Below are positions 28,141-36,975 of a stretch of 64,000 nucleotides of DNA, piece by piece. The stretch is taken from contig OZ241907.1 in assembly GCA_965203515.1 (NCBI GenBank), positions 288,001-352,000 on the forward strand, read 5' to 3'. The number at the start of each line of letters is the position of its first letter. Within the stretch, counting starts at the first letter, position 1. The notes under the pieces were generated by a model. It was not told the DNA's origin and did no database searches. It saw only the letters and a program-made list of their open reading frames with translations. Both the position numbers and the translations under genes were made by a program. This DNA comes from Spirochaetia bacterium (GTDB lineage Bacteria; Spirochaetota; Spirochaetia; SZUA-6; Bin103).

Positions 28141-31100
28141 GCGCTTCCGATACCGATACCGATACTCAGGTTCCGCTGCAGCCGGTCGAGGAGCCGATCA
28201 TCTGCTCGCCCTACGCTGAGCCGGCGGCGCACTGGCTGTACGACACCGGCACCGGCCTGCCGTCGAAGATCGAGGGGCGGCGCGAGGCCGGCTACTGGTT
28301 CAAGACCGAGCGGGCGGGGAGCGCTCAGCAGGCGCTGTTCGCCGAGGAGGAACGGGACGATCTGCCGCTGGTGAACGTGCTGCGCGCCGACGTGCGCCGC
28401 TGGCGGCGGGCCGGCTGGCCCGGCTCGTCGCCGACCACCAAGAAGCTGCTGCGCCACTGGTGGCGCGAGGACCGCTCGCGGCGGCTGTTCTTCTGCCAGC
28501 TCGAAGCGGTGGAGACCGTCATCTACCTGCGCGAGCTGCTGGCGCGGGGCAGGAAGCCGCGCTGGACGCCCCGGCTCGCGCTGCGCGAGTTCGAGCTGCT
28601 CGGCAAGGGCCGCAATCCCCGCCCTGAAGAATGGGTGGCGAAGGTGGCGCAGCCGCCCAAGCTCGCCGACTTCCCGAACGGAACCGCCGGCGGGCGGCCG
28701 ATCCCGCGCTACGCCTGCAAGATGGCGACCGGCAGCGGCAAGACCGTGGTCATGGCGATGCTCGCCGCCTGGAGCTTCTGCAACCGCGGCGCCGCTCCCG
28801 CCGACCCGCGCTTCCCGCGCCGCGCGCTGGTGGTCTGCCCCAACCTCACCATCAAGGAGCGGCTGCAGGTGCTGCGCCCGGCCGCGCCCGGCAACTACTA
28901 CGAGGAGTTCGACCTGGTGCCGTCCGCGCTGCGTCCCGAGCTGGCCAAGGGCAGGGTGCTGGTCACCAACTGGCACCGGCTCAGCCCCGACTCCGAGGAG
29001 ATCCGCGTCGGCACGGTGGCGGTCGGCCGGATCGGCGAGGAGACCCCGGAGGCGTTCGCCCGCAACCGCCTGGGCGACCTGTACGACGGCGAGCCGCTGC
29101 TGGTGCTCAACGACGAAGGCCACCACGCCTACCGCCCGGCGCCCGCCGCCGCCGACCTGCCGGCAACCGCGCGGGCCGAGCGCGAGGCGGCCACGGTGTG
29201 GGTGGACGGGCTGGACCGGATCAACGCCGCCTGCGGCATCGACGTCTGCATCGACCTGTCGGCCACGCCGTTCTACCTGCAGGGCAGCGGCTATCCCGAA
29301 GGCTCCCCGTTCCCGTGGATCGTCAGCGACTTCAGTCTGGTCGACGCCATCGAGTGCGGCATCACGAAAATTCCGCGGCTGCCCGCGGCGGACAACACCG
29401 GGCGCCCCGATCCCAAGTACTTCCGGCTGTGGGAGCACGTCACCCGCGACCTGCGACCGGGCGAACGGTTGACCCGGGGGCGGCCGAAGCCGGAGGTGGT
29501 CTACCGCAAGGTCGAAGACGCCCTGCTCACCCTCGCCGGCGAATGGAAGGAGCGGTTCGAGCAGGCGCAGGCGGCCGCGCCCGGCCAGGACCGCACCCCG
29601 CCGGTGATGATCGTGGTGTGCGACAACACCGCCATCGCCACCCACTTCCACCGCATGATCTCCGGCGAGGAACCGGACGCGGACCGCCCGCAGCAAAAGC
29701 GCTACGGCTCCGGCATCAAGGGATTCCCCGAGCTGTGGAACGCCGCCGGCGGCCAGTACACGCTGCGCATCGACTCCAAGCTGCTCGAAGCCGCCGAGAG
29801 CGGCGATCCCGCGGCCACCAGGAAGGACGCCGCCGAGGAGTTGCGCCGCATCGTCGCGACCATCGGCCGGCCCGGCGCGCCGGGGGCGCGCATCCGCTGC
29901 GTGATCAGCGTGAACATGCTCAGCGAGGGGTGGGACGCCAACAACGTGACCCACATCCTGGGGCTCCGCGCGTTTTCGAGTCAGTTGCTGTGCGAGCAGG
30001 TGGTCGGCCGCGGCCTGCGCCGCATGGACTACACGCCGGACCCGGAGACCGGCCTGCTCACCGCGGAGTACGTCGACATCTTCGGCGTGCCGTTCTCGCT
30101 GATCCCGTTCAAGGGCCGCGCGCCGGGCGCGCCGGCGCCGGCGGACGATTCGGCCCCCAAGCATGAGGTGACCGCGCTCCCGGAGCGGCAGGCGTTCGAG
30201 ATTCGCTTCCCGGTGGTGGAAGGCTACGTCATCTCGCTGGAGCGCCACCGCGTCACTTGCGACGTCGCCCAGGTGGAGCGCACGGCGCTCGATCCGGCGA
30301 GCGTGCCGGTCGACACCTTCGTGCGGCCGCAGGTCGGATACAAGGTCGGCGCGCCGGGCCACTACGGCGGCTTCGGATTCGAGTCCGTCGACCGGCAGCG
30401 GTACTACGCCGCGCATCATCCGCAGACGATCGCCTTCGAGATCGCCCGCGACGTGGTGCGCCAGCTCACCGACGCGGCGGACGGCGGCAACGGCAGCGGC
30501 GCCGCCAACGGCAACGGCGCGGCCCGGCAGGTCGCGCGCCACGCGCTGTTCCCGCAGGCGCTGCGGATCGTGCAGGCGTACGTCCGGGAGCGCGTGGACC
30601 TGCGCGGTTGCCACCCGTGCGAGATCGGCCTGCAGACCTATGCGGAACGGATCGCCGCGCTGCTGGCCGCCGCGATCCGGCCGCACGACTCCCAGGGGGA
30701 ACGGCCGCCGCTACCGCGCCTGAACCGCTACCAGCCGCTCGGCAGCACCGCGCGGGTCCGCTTCAAGACCGCGCGCCCGGTGCAGGCGACGCAGGCCAGC
30801 CACCTGAATTACGTGGCCTGCGACACCGGCAGTTGGGAGCAGGCCGCGGCGGTCCGGCTCGAACGGCTGGCCGGGCAGGGCATCGTCGAGTGCTACGCGC
30901 GCAACGACCACCTGGAGTTCACCATCCCCTACCAGCACTACGGCGACGGCGAACCGCGCGCCTACGAGCCCGACTTCATCGTGCGGCTGACCAACGGCCT
31001 CCACGTCGTCCTGGAGATCAAGGGCCAGTCGCGCGCGGACACCGACGCCAAGCACGAAGCGGCCAAGCGCTGGGTGCGCGCCGTCAATCACTGGCGCCGA

Positions 31101-31178
31101 CTCGGCGAGTGGCGCTTCCTGGTATGCCGCGACCCGCAGACCCTCGGCCATCACCTGACGGCAGTTCATTCACGGTAG
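28137..31178 (+). CDS. Type III restriction enzyme Res subunit (SF2 helicase + PD-(D/E)XK nuclease)
   Basis: TTGA overlap start; PII.SPY.EP, LFFCQLEAVET, KMATGSGKT, NDEGHH, DLSATP, MLSEGWD, QVVGRGLRR, YEPDFIV...LEIKG. Confidence 0.92.
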   Translation: MSASDTDTDTQVPLQPVEEPIICSPYAEPAAHWLYDTGTGLPSKIEGRREAGYWFKTERAGSAQQALFAEEERDDLPLVNVLRADVRRWRRAGWPGSSPTTKKLLRHWWREDRSRRLFFCQLEAVETVIYLRELLARGRKPRWTPRLALREFELLGKGRNPRPEEWVAKVAQPPKLADFPNGTAGGRPIPRYACKMATGSGKTVVMAMLAAWSFCNRGAAPADPRFPRRALVVCPNLTIKERLQVLRPAAPGNYYEEFDLVPSALRPELAKGRVLVTNWHRLSPDSEEIRVGTVAVGRIGEETPEAFARNRLGDLYDGEPLLVLNDEGHHAYRPAPAAADLPATARAEREAATVWVDGLDRINAACGIDVCIDLSATPFYLQGSGYPEGSPFPWIVSDFSLVDAIECGITKIPRLPAADNTGRPDPKYFRLWEHVTRDLRPGERLTRGRPKPEVVYRKVEDALLTLAGEWKERFEQAQAAAPGQDRTPPVMIVVCDNTAIATHFHRMISGEEPDADRPQQKRYGSGIKGFPELWNAAGGQYTLRIDSKLLEAAESGDPAATRKDAAEELRRIVATIGRPGAPGARIRCVISVNMLSEGWDANNVTHILGLRAFSSQLLCEQVVGRGLRRMDYTPDPETGLLTAEYVDIFGVPFSLIPFKGRAPGAPAPADDSAPKHEVTALPERQAFEIRFPVVEGYVISLERHRVTCDVAQVERTALDPASVPVDTFVRPQVGYKVGAPGHYGGFGFESVDRQRYYAAHHPQTIAFEIARDVVRQLTDAADGGNGSGAANGNGAARQVARHALFPQALRIVQAYVRERVDLRGCHPCEIGLQTYAERIAALLAAAIRPHDSQGERPPLPRLNRYQPLGSTARVRFKTARPVQATQASHLNYVACDTGSWEQAAAVRLERLAGQGIVECYARNDHLEFTIPYQHYGDGEPRAYEPDFIVRLTNGLHVVLEIKGQSRADTDAKHEAAKRWVRAVNHWRRLGEWRFLVCRDPQTLGHHLTAVHSR

Positions 31179-31260
31179 AAGACGCGCCTGAACCACGCCA
31201 CGAATGCCAAGGCCGCGGCGCTGTCGTGGCCGAAGTACCGGGCTCGACTGGCCGTGCCAT

Positions 31261-31317
31261 GGCGTGAGTATCGTCTTTGCCTTCGACGCGGAGGATAGAC
31301 GGCTCGATTTGGGGCAC
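31261..31317 (-). pseudogene. 5' stub of a TOPRIM-like (DUF3226-type) ATPase partner
   Basis: GTG 3 nt after the ATPase stop; MPQIEPSILRVEGKDDTHA carries the VEG.DD motif, then the sequence turns unrelated. Confidence 0.55.
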
Positions 31318-31320
31318 CGG

Positions 31321-32417
31321 TCAGCGGAGCTCGATCTCTTGGTCGCCGGCTATTGCGATCTCTTCGCCGGCGAAGCACACGGCGCGCTCCAGTGACGGGT
31401 GCACTTTCTGTATGGAGACTTCCCCGGCGAGATCAGGCCGCGACTTCACCAGCGACCCGAGCCCTCGAATGGAGTCATAGCTGTGCGTCGTCGCGAAAAC
31501 CTGCACGTCGGACTCTTTCGCCACTTGGATGAGAAGCCGCCACACGTCTTCCATGACGGTCCAGTGCAGGCCGGCATCGATCTCGTCGATCAGCAGGAAT
31601 CCATGGTTCGCTCCGTGCAGGGCAAGCCGCAACGCGAGCAGGCGCCGCAAACCGTCTCCGTAACTGCCGATCGGCATCCGCCGGCCTCCTCCACGGCGTC
31701 CCACCAGGATGGTGCTACCACTCTTTCCGGCACCTATCAGGAAATGGATCGAGACGATTTCCGGCACGATGAGCTGCATGTCCCGCGCGATTTCGTCTTC
31801 GCGTCCCTCGGCGATCACTTCGTTCCATGCGTCGCTCATCCTGACGGAGGCGGCCTGCGTCCTGTCATCGACAACGGCGTCCATACCCAGATATCGAACC
31901 GGAGGCTCGGAGGATTTTCTGCGCCTTGATCTGCGCCAGAATTCGTACAGGAGCATGCCTTCCTTGTTCACCGAAACACGGCCGGCGATCCATCGGCGCC
32001 GGCGGCGATGCTTAGGCCGAACTCAGGGGCGGACTCGTAATCCGCGTCAAGCGCTCGTTGCGGCGTACTACTTGTCATATCCCAGCGTTCGGCGTCTTCT
32101 CCGACCTCATCGAGCGAGAGAATCGTCGCCGACAGCTTGTGATCGTCCGAGGTCAACACGAAACGATTTCCGGGTTGGCACATGTGGCCGGAGAACAGGT
32201 GGGATATGTCCACGCCACCGCGATTATAACCGCCCCGACGGTGGCCAATCTCTTCGAAGGCTGAGGGATGGCCGTTGGAGACGAGCAGCTCGACCGCTTC
32301 GAGGACGGTCGTCTTGCCGCAGTTGTTCTTGCCGACGATCAGGTTCACCCTCGTCAAGTCAGTCAGCCGATAGGAATCGAAGCCGCGGAATCCGCGCAGC
32401 TCAAGCGTCTTCATCAT
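31321..32417 (-). pseudogene. AAA_15/AAA_21 ATPase split by a 1 nt frameshift near 31972
   Basis: N half: FRGF, VNLIVGKNNCGKTTVLEA; C half: YGDG, LLIDEIDAGLH, QVFATTHS; halves join if one base is restored in GTGTTTCGGTGAAC. Confidence 0.85.
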
Positions 32418-32896
32418 CAGGCGCGGGCGACCCACGCTACGCCGGTGCCGGTGGTTTGGCGGATGCGTTCGCTGAGCTGGCCGGTGTGGTGCTGGAGATG
32501 GCGCAGATTGTAGGCCAGCCGCTCCACCGGGCCGAACGGCAGCCACGAGAAGCCCGACTCGGCGCCCAGGTCCAGCGCCGCGATCTGCCGGCGCGCGTGG
32601 CCGCGGCAGAACTCCAGGAACTCCAGGATATTCTCCCGCGTATAGGGGGCCGCCTCCTTACCGAGATCCTCGGCGCCGTCGCGGTGTCCGCTCCAGGGGC
32701 GGTGCTCCGCTACGGTCCGAAACAGGTAGAGATGCACGTAGAACAGGGCGTGGTAGGCGATGTGCCAGAACCGGTTGACCTGCTCGGCGCTGTCCCAGGC
32801 GTCATCCGGGCACGCCCGCACCGCCGCTTCCAGCATGTTCAGACCGGCCCGGAATTGGGCATCGAACGCGGTACGAATGGAATCTTCTGCTGCCAC
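32417..32896 (-). CDS. DinB/YfiT-like four-helix metalloprotein, copy 1 (not DNA polymerase IV)
   Basis: ACPD..W, FWHIAYHALFY, YNLRHLQHHTGQL; GTG at 32896; stop overlaps the ATPase ATG. Confidence 0.8.
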   Translation of the reverse strand: MAAEDSIRTAFDAQFRAGLNMLEAAVRACPDDAWDSAEQVNRFWHIAYHALFYVHLYLFRTVAEHRPWSGHRDGAEDLGKEAAPYTRENILEFLEFCRGHARRQIAALDLGAESGFSWLPFGPVERLAYNLRHLQHHTGQLSERIRQTTGTGVAWVARA

Positions 32897-32941
32897 GGTT
32901 CGATGGTAGGCCACAACGGGGGTACTATCAACAGCGAACCG

Positions 32942-33013
32942 ATGGACGCCGCCAGCGCCAGCCTGCCGATCGACCTTGCCAACCTGCTCCACGGCCGCGG
33001 TGTCGAGTCGGTA
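32942..33013 (+). pseudogene. 5' stub of the AlbA_2/Schlafen gene
   Basis: MDAASASLPIDLANLLHGRGVESV matches the start of the 35397 gene, then breaks off. Confidence 0.85.
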
Positions 33014-33084
33014 TCGCTCGGCGCCCGCAGCCGACGACCTGCCGGCGGCCACGCGGACCGGGCGCGAGGCGGCCACGGAGCAGG

Positions 33085-34434
33085 TCAGTAGAGGCGGTCG
33101 GATGCGAACGGCGCGTTCTCTCGAGAGATGCGGCCTTTGTTCACCAGCAGAGTCCGGATCGCCAGCGGCGAAACCTGAAAGTGCTCGGCGACCTCCGTCT
33201 GTCTTTCCTCCGAAATGTCGATGTCCAACATGTCGTCGACCGCATCGTACGGACTCAGCAGCTCGGCCGCAAACGCACGCTGCGCCTTCTGGCGGTAGCT
33301 GTGCGCCCGGGTCGCGGGCAAGAGACGTTCAACGCCGTCGACCAGCCGATCGCCGATCAACCGAGCGAGATCGAAACGGCGGCCGGTCTCCCACTTCGGC
33401 CTGAGCGCCAAGCGCGACCGATTGCCGTCGCCGGCGATGACAAATGACAGTTCGTCGGAGCACACCGAGATATTCTCGATGGCGCTCATGGTCGTTCCCG
33501 CAAGGTCTGCAAGGCGGGCGTTGCAGACAGGATCGGTGCCGAGATTCTCTTGACGGCGGATCGCGCGAGCAGCGTCTTCTCCGGTCTGCCAAGCCGGGTT
33601 ATCGGCCCACTCCCGGCTCTCGAAATTCAACCGAACCGCGGCGTCAGCATTCGCGTCGAAACCGCGATCGATCGAGATTTGCCGGAGCGCGGCAGCGGAC
33701 GCCACGTTTGCCCCCCTGTCAAGATGGGCGGCATGGGCAGCCAACTCTTCCACCGCATTGTCACCTATTTCTTTCGCATCGTCGAGATAGCTGCTGATGG
33801 TCCGTTCGTCGATCTCGTCCGGGTCAAAGCCAAGCCGCGCTTCCAGCCGACGAAAGCGGGTGCTGTCAGGATCTGTGCGCTCCGTCCGGAGATCGTTCCA
33901 GAGTCGATGAAGATTGGTATCGTGGACGTTGGCGTTGTCGAGAATCCCCAGAACCTGACGGGCGAACCGGTCGATCTCCGCTTCCAGGTCACCGGCGGGG
34001 ACGACCTCCATCCTCGCGGCTCCCAAATACCGAAACGGCACCGCCTTGAGTTCTTGCGAAGGTTCGGCGATCAGGGCGCATCGAAACCCGTCCGAAGAAA
34101 TCACGACATTAGGCCACACGTAGCCTTCGCCAATCGTGGCGGTACGGTGGGCCGAGTCCCAGCGATGGAAGACATCCCGGCCAAGTTTCCCCGGAGGACC
34201 AGGTTCCCACCGCAGACGCCACCAGTTCCAGATCAGCCATTCGGCGAAGTGGTAGCCGGAAACCCTCGGTCCTGTGGCGTATCCTTGGGCGTGCTCATCG
34301 AATCCCTCGGTCATAAGCCGGCCGTTCACGGTGATCTCAAGCAGACCGAACCCTGCTCTTTCTTCTTCTTGTCCGTGATCGAGCGGTTGCGGGTCGAGGC
34401 GAAAAGTCACGGTGTCCTGCTTCTGGCGAGCCAC
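33085..34434 (-). CDS. Hypothetical protein with C-terminal inactive ImmA/IrrE (M78-like) peptidase domain
   Basis: RRFDLARLIGD in place of RFTLAHELGH; QRAFAAELLSP; VAEHFQVSP; Trp-rich N domain AEWLIWNWWRLRWE. Confidence 0.7.
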   Translation of the reverse strand: MARQKQDTVTFRLDPQPLDHGQEEERAGFGLLEITVNGRLMTEGFDEHAQGYATGPRVSGYHFAEWLIWNWWRLRWEPGPPGKLGRDVFHRWDSAHRTATIGEGYVWPNVVISSDGFRCALIAEPSQELKAVPFRYLGAARMEVVPAGDLEAEIDRFARQVLGILDNANVHDTNLHRLWNDLRTERTDPDSTRFRRLEARLGFDPDEIDERTISSYLDDAKEIGDNAVEELAAHAAHLDRGANVASAAALRQISIDRGFDANADAAVRLNFESREWADNPAWQTGEDAARAIRRQENLGTDPVCNARLADLAGTTMSAIENISVCSDELSFVIAGDGNRSRLALRPKWETGRRFDLARLIGDRLVDGVERLLPATRAHSYRQKAQRAFAAELLSPYDAVDDMLDIDISEERQTEVAEHFQVSPLAIRTLLVNKGRISRENAPFASDRLY

Positions 34435-34844
34435 TCTCGAATCACCTCTTCACGCATTGCCCTGTCGTCCACACCCAGTCGATACCCGTGATAGCTTCGT
34501 CCTTCGTGCCCCAGTTTCGCCTCGTAAGGCTCTCCGTCCTGATCTACTGACCAGACATATTTCGGGTAACCATTCATGCGATACGTGCTCACCATTCCAA
34601 GCCTCAGACCATCGATAAGGAGCCTCTTCGCTTCGTCCCTTCTGATCACCCGCTTACTGTCGCACAGTGATTTGTGTGGTCGTGGACTGGGCGGACCGTG
34701 GAATCCATAGTCGGCGGGTACTCTCTTGTGATGGGCACTGCCTAGATAGCGGACCTCGTCCGCGATCCGATGGAGTTCCTGCTGGCTGATGGAATGCTGT
34801 GGAGCGATCCTTCTCTTCGGATTGTTTCCAAATCGTTTCGGCAT
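34407..34844 (-). CDS. Small basic hypothetical protein (145 aa), candidate toxin/nuclease
   Basis: ATG at 34844; overlaps the next gene by 28 nt; motif-like YLGSAHHK, KSLC, PKYVW, YEAKL, YHGY; lower GC. Confidence 0.7.
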   Translation of the reverse strand: MPKRFGNNPKRRIAPQHSISQQELHRIADEVRYLGSAHHKRVPADYGFHGPPSPRPHKSLCDSKRVIRRDEAKRLLIDGLRLGMVSTYRMNGYPKYVWSVDQDGEPYEAKLGHEGRSYHGYRLGVDDRAMREEVIREWLARSRTP

Positions 34845-34870
34845 TCGCAGCCTCCTGACGCGGGGCCGGA

Positions 34871-35350
34871 TCAGTCGGGGCCGAGCCACGGTACGCCGGT
34901 GCCGGTGGTTTGGCGGATGCGTTCGCCGAGCTGGCCGGTGTGGTGCTGGAGATGGCGCAGGTTGTAGGCCAGCCGCTCCACCGGGCCGAACGGCAGCCAG
35001 GAGAAGCCCGACTCGGCGCCCAGGTCCAGCGCCGCGATCTGCCGGCGCGCGTGGCCGCGGCAGAACGCCAGGAACTCCAGGATATTCTCCCTGGTATAGG
35101 GGGCCGCCTCCTTACCGAGATCCTCGGCGCCGTCGCGGTGTCCGCTCCAGGGGCGGTGCTCCGCTACGGCCCGGAACAGGTAGAGATGCACGTAGAACAG
35201 GGCGTGGTAGGCGATCTGCCAGAACCGGTTGACCTGCTCGGCGCTGTCCCAGGCGTCATCCGGGCACGCCCGCACCGCCGCCTCCAGCATGTTCAGACCG
35301 GCCCGAAATTGGGCATCGAACGCGTTGCGGATGGAATCTTCCGCTGCCAC
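34871..35350 (-). CDS. DinB/YfiT-like protein, copy 2
   Basis: Same length (159 aa) and motifs as copy 1; last residues differ (VPWLGPD vs VAWVARA). Confidence 0.8.
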   Translation of the reverse strand: MAAEDSIRNAFDAQFRAGLNMLEAAVRACPDDAWDSAEQVNRFWQIAYHALFYVHLYLFRAVAEHRPWSGHRDGAEDLGKEAAPYTRENILEFLAFCRGHARRQIAALDLGAESGFSWLPFGPVERLAYNLRHLQHHTGQLGERIRQTTGTGVPWLGPD

Positions 35351-35468
35351 GGCTTCGATGGTAGGCCACGACAGGGGTACTATCAACAGCGACCCCATGG
35401 ACGCCGTCAGCGCCAGCCTGCCGATCAACCTTGCCAATCTGCTCCACGGCCGCGGCGTGGAGTCGGTA
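34871..35468. repeat. Long direct repeat copy 2
   Basis: See copy 1; offset 2454-2455 nt; ends at gagtcggta. Confidence 0.95.
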
Positions 35469-36941
35469 CGGGTGGAGTTCAAGGCGGCCTGGGATCCCGA
35501 AACCACCGGCCCGCAGGCGCTCAAGACGATCTGCGCGTTCGCCAACGATCTCCATAACCTGAACGGCGGCTACGTGGTCATCGGGGTGGCCGAGCGCGAG
35601 GGGCGCGCCAGCCTGCCGCCGGCCGGCCTGTCCCCGGCCGCGCTGGCGGCCGCGCAGCGGTGGCTGCGCGGCAATTGCAACCGCCTCGATCCGCAGTACC
35701 AGCCGCTGCTCTCACCCGAGGTGGTGAGCGGCCGCCATATCCTGGTGGTGTGGGCGCCGGCGAGCCAGTTGCGGCCGCACCGCGCGCCGGACGCCGGGCG
35801 CGGGCCGCTCCGGTACTGGGTGCGCCTCGGCGCGGAAACGGTCGCCGCCGACCAGCGCGGCGGGCTGCTCCGGGAGCTGATCGGGCAGACCGCGCGCGTG
35901 CCGTGGGACGACCGCCGGGCGCCGCTGCAGGGGAGCCTTGCCGACCTGCACGAAATGGCGGTACGGGAGCACCTGCACGAGATCGGCAGCGGCTTGAGCG
36001 CCGAGTCCGACGCAGCGGAGATCTACCGCCGCATGGGGATCACCATGCGGGTCAACGACCACGACGTGCCGCGCCACGTCGGCCTGCTGTTCTTCGCCGC
36101 CGAGCCGACCCGCTGGTTTCGCGGCGCCTGGATCGACTGCGCGCTGTTCGCCGCCGGCGGCAGCGGCGACGTCCTGGAGGAGCAGGAGTTTCGCGGCGCG
36201 CTGGCGCAGCAGGCGCGCCACTGCCTGCAGTACCTGTACGCTCGGTCGCCGGTCCACCTGCGCAAGGTGCCGGAGCGGATCGAGGCGCGCCGCTGGCGCG
36301 CCTGGCCGGAGACGGCGTTGCGCGAAACCCTGGTGAACGCGCTGTATCACCGCAGCTACGAGCCCGACGCGGTGGAGCCGACCAAGGTATACCTGTACCC
36401 GGACCGCGTGGAGATCATCAGCTATCCGGGGCCGGCGTCGGGGCTGGAGGCGGAACACTTTGCCCTGCGCTCCCCGTTCCCGATGGTACCGGCGCGCAAC
36501 CGCCGCATCGGCGAGTTCTTCAAGGAGCTGGGCCTGGCCGAGGCGCGGCTGACCGGGCTGCGCAAGGTGGCCGCGGCGATGGCCGCCAACGGCTCCCCTG
36601 CGCCGCGCTACGACTTCGACCCGCAGCGCACCTACTTCCGCGCCACGCTGCCGGCGCATGCGGAATACGCCGCGCTGTCCGCAGTGCGCGACGCCGCCGA
36701 GCTGCGCGCCCTGGGCGACGCGGAGGCGGCGCACGCTCTGCTCGAGTCGGCCTGGGAAGCGAACCCGGCGTCCGCGGCGCTGGCTGCCGAGCTGATCCGG
36801 TCGCACGCCGCGCGCGGCGAGTTGGTCCGGGCGGAGCGGGTACGGGACCGCTTCGGGGAACACGCGCCGGACGGCGCGCGGCGCGCGGTAGCGGAAGCGC
36901 TGGCCGCGGTCCGCCGCGGGCGCCGGCCGCCGCGCGCTTGA
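35397..36941 (+). CDS. Schlafen/AlbA_2 domain + RecG C-terminal-like (HATPase_c_4) protein with helical tail
   Basis: ESVRVEFK..W, TICAFAND, GGYVVIGV, ALRE.LVNA..HRSY, DRVEI.SYPG, RNRRIGEFFKELGL.E...TGL. Confidence 0.85.
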   Translation: MDAVSASLPINLANLLHGRGVESVRVEFKAAWDPETTGPQALKTICAFANDLHNLNGGYVVIGVAEREGRASLPPAGLSPAALAAAQRWLRGNCNRLDPQYQPLLSPEVVSGRHILVVWAPASQLRPHRAPDAGRGPLRYWVRLGAETVAADQRGGLLRELIGQTARVPWDDRRAPLQGSLADLHEMAVREHLHEIGSGLSAESDAAEIYRRMGITMRVNDHDVPRHVGLLFFAAEPTRWFRGAWIDCALFAAGGSGDVLEEQEFRGALAQQARHCLQYLYARSPVHLRKVPERIEARRWRAWPETALRETLVNALYHRSYEPDAVEPTKVYLYPDRVEIISYPGPASGLEAEHFALRSPFPMVPARNRRIGEFFKELGLAEARLTGLRKVAAAMAANGSPAPRYDFDPQRTYFRATLPAHAEYAALSAVRDAAELRALGDAEAAHALLESAWEANPASAALAAELIRSHAARGELVRAERVRDRFGEHAPDGARRAVAEALAAVRRGRRPPRA

Positions 36942-36975
36942 CGGACGGCGCCCGTCCGCCGCCAAGTCAGCCGGC

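Larger units (their letters stand above)
32417..33013. repeat. Long direct repeat copy 1 (~597 bp): dinB-like gene, divergent promoter and first 24 codons of the AlbA_2 gene
   Basis: Aligns to 34871-35468 with about 26 differences by manual count, including one indel, beyond the divergent last codons. Confidence 0.95.

Noticed and set aside
28147..28164. (ccgata)x3 at the start of res as a phase-variation tract
   Set aside because: The unit is a multiple of 3 and only three copies; slippage would not change frame
32417..35350. dinB as DNA polymerase IV, or the repeats as IS ends or prophage att sites
   Set aside because: 159 aa His-motif four-helix family, not a Y-family polymerase; no transposase, integrase, terminal inverted repeats or target duplication seen
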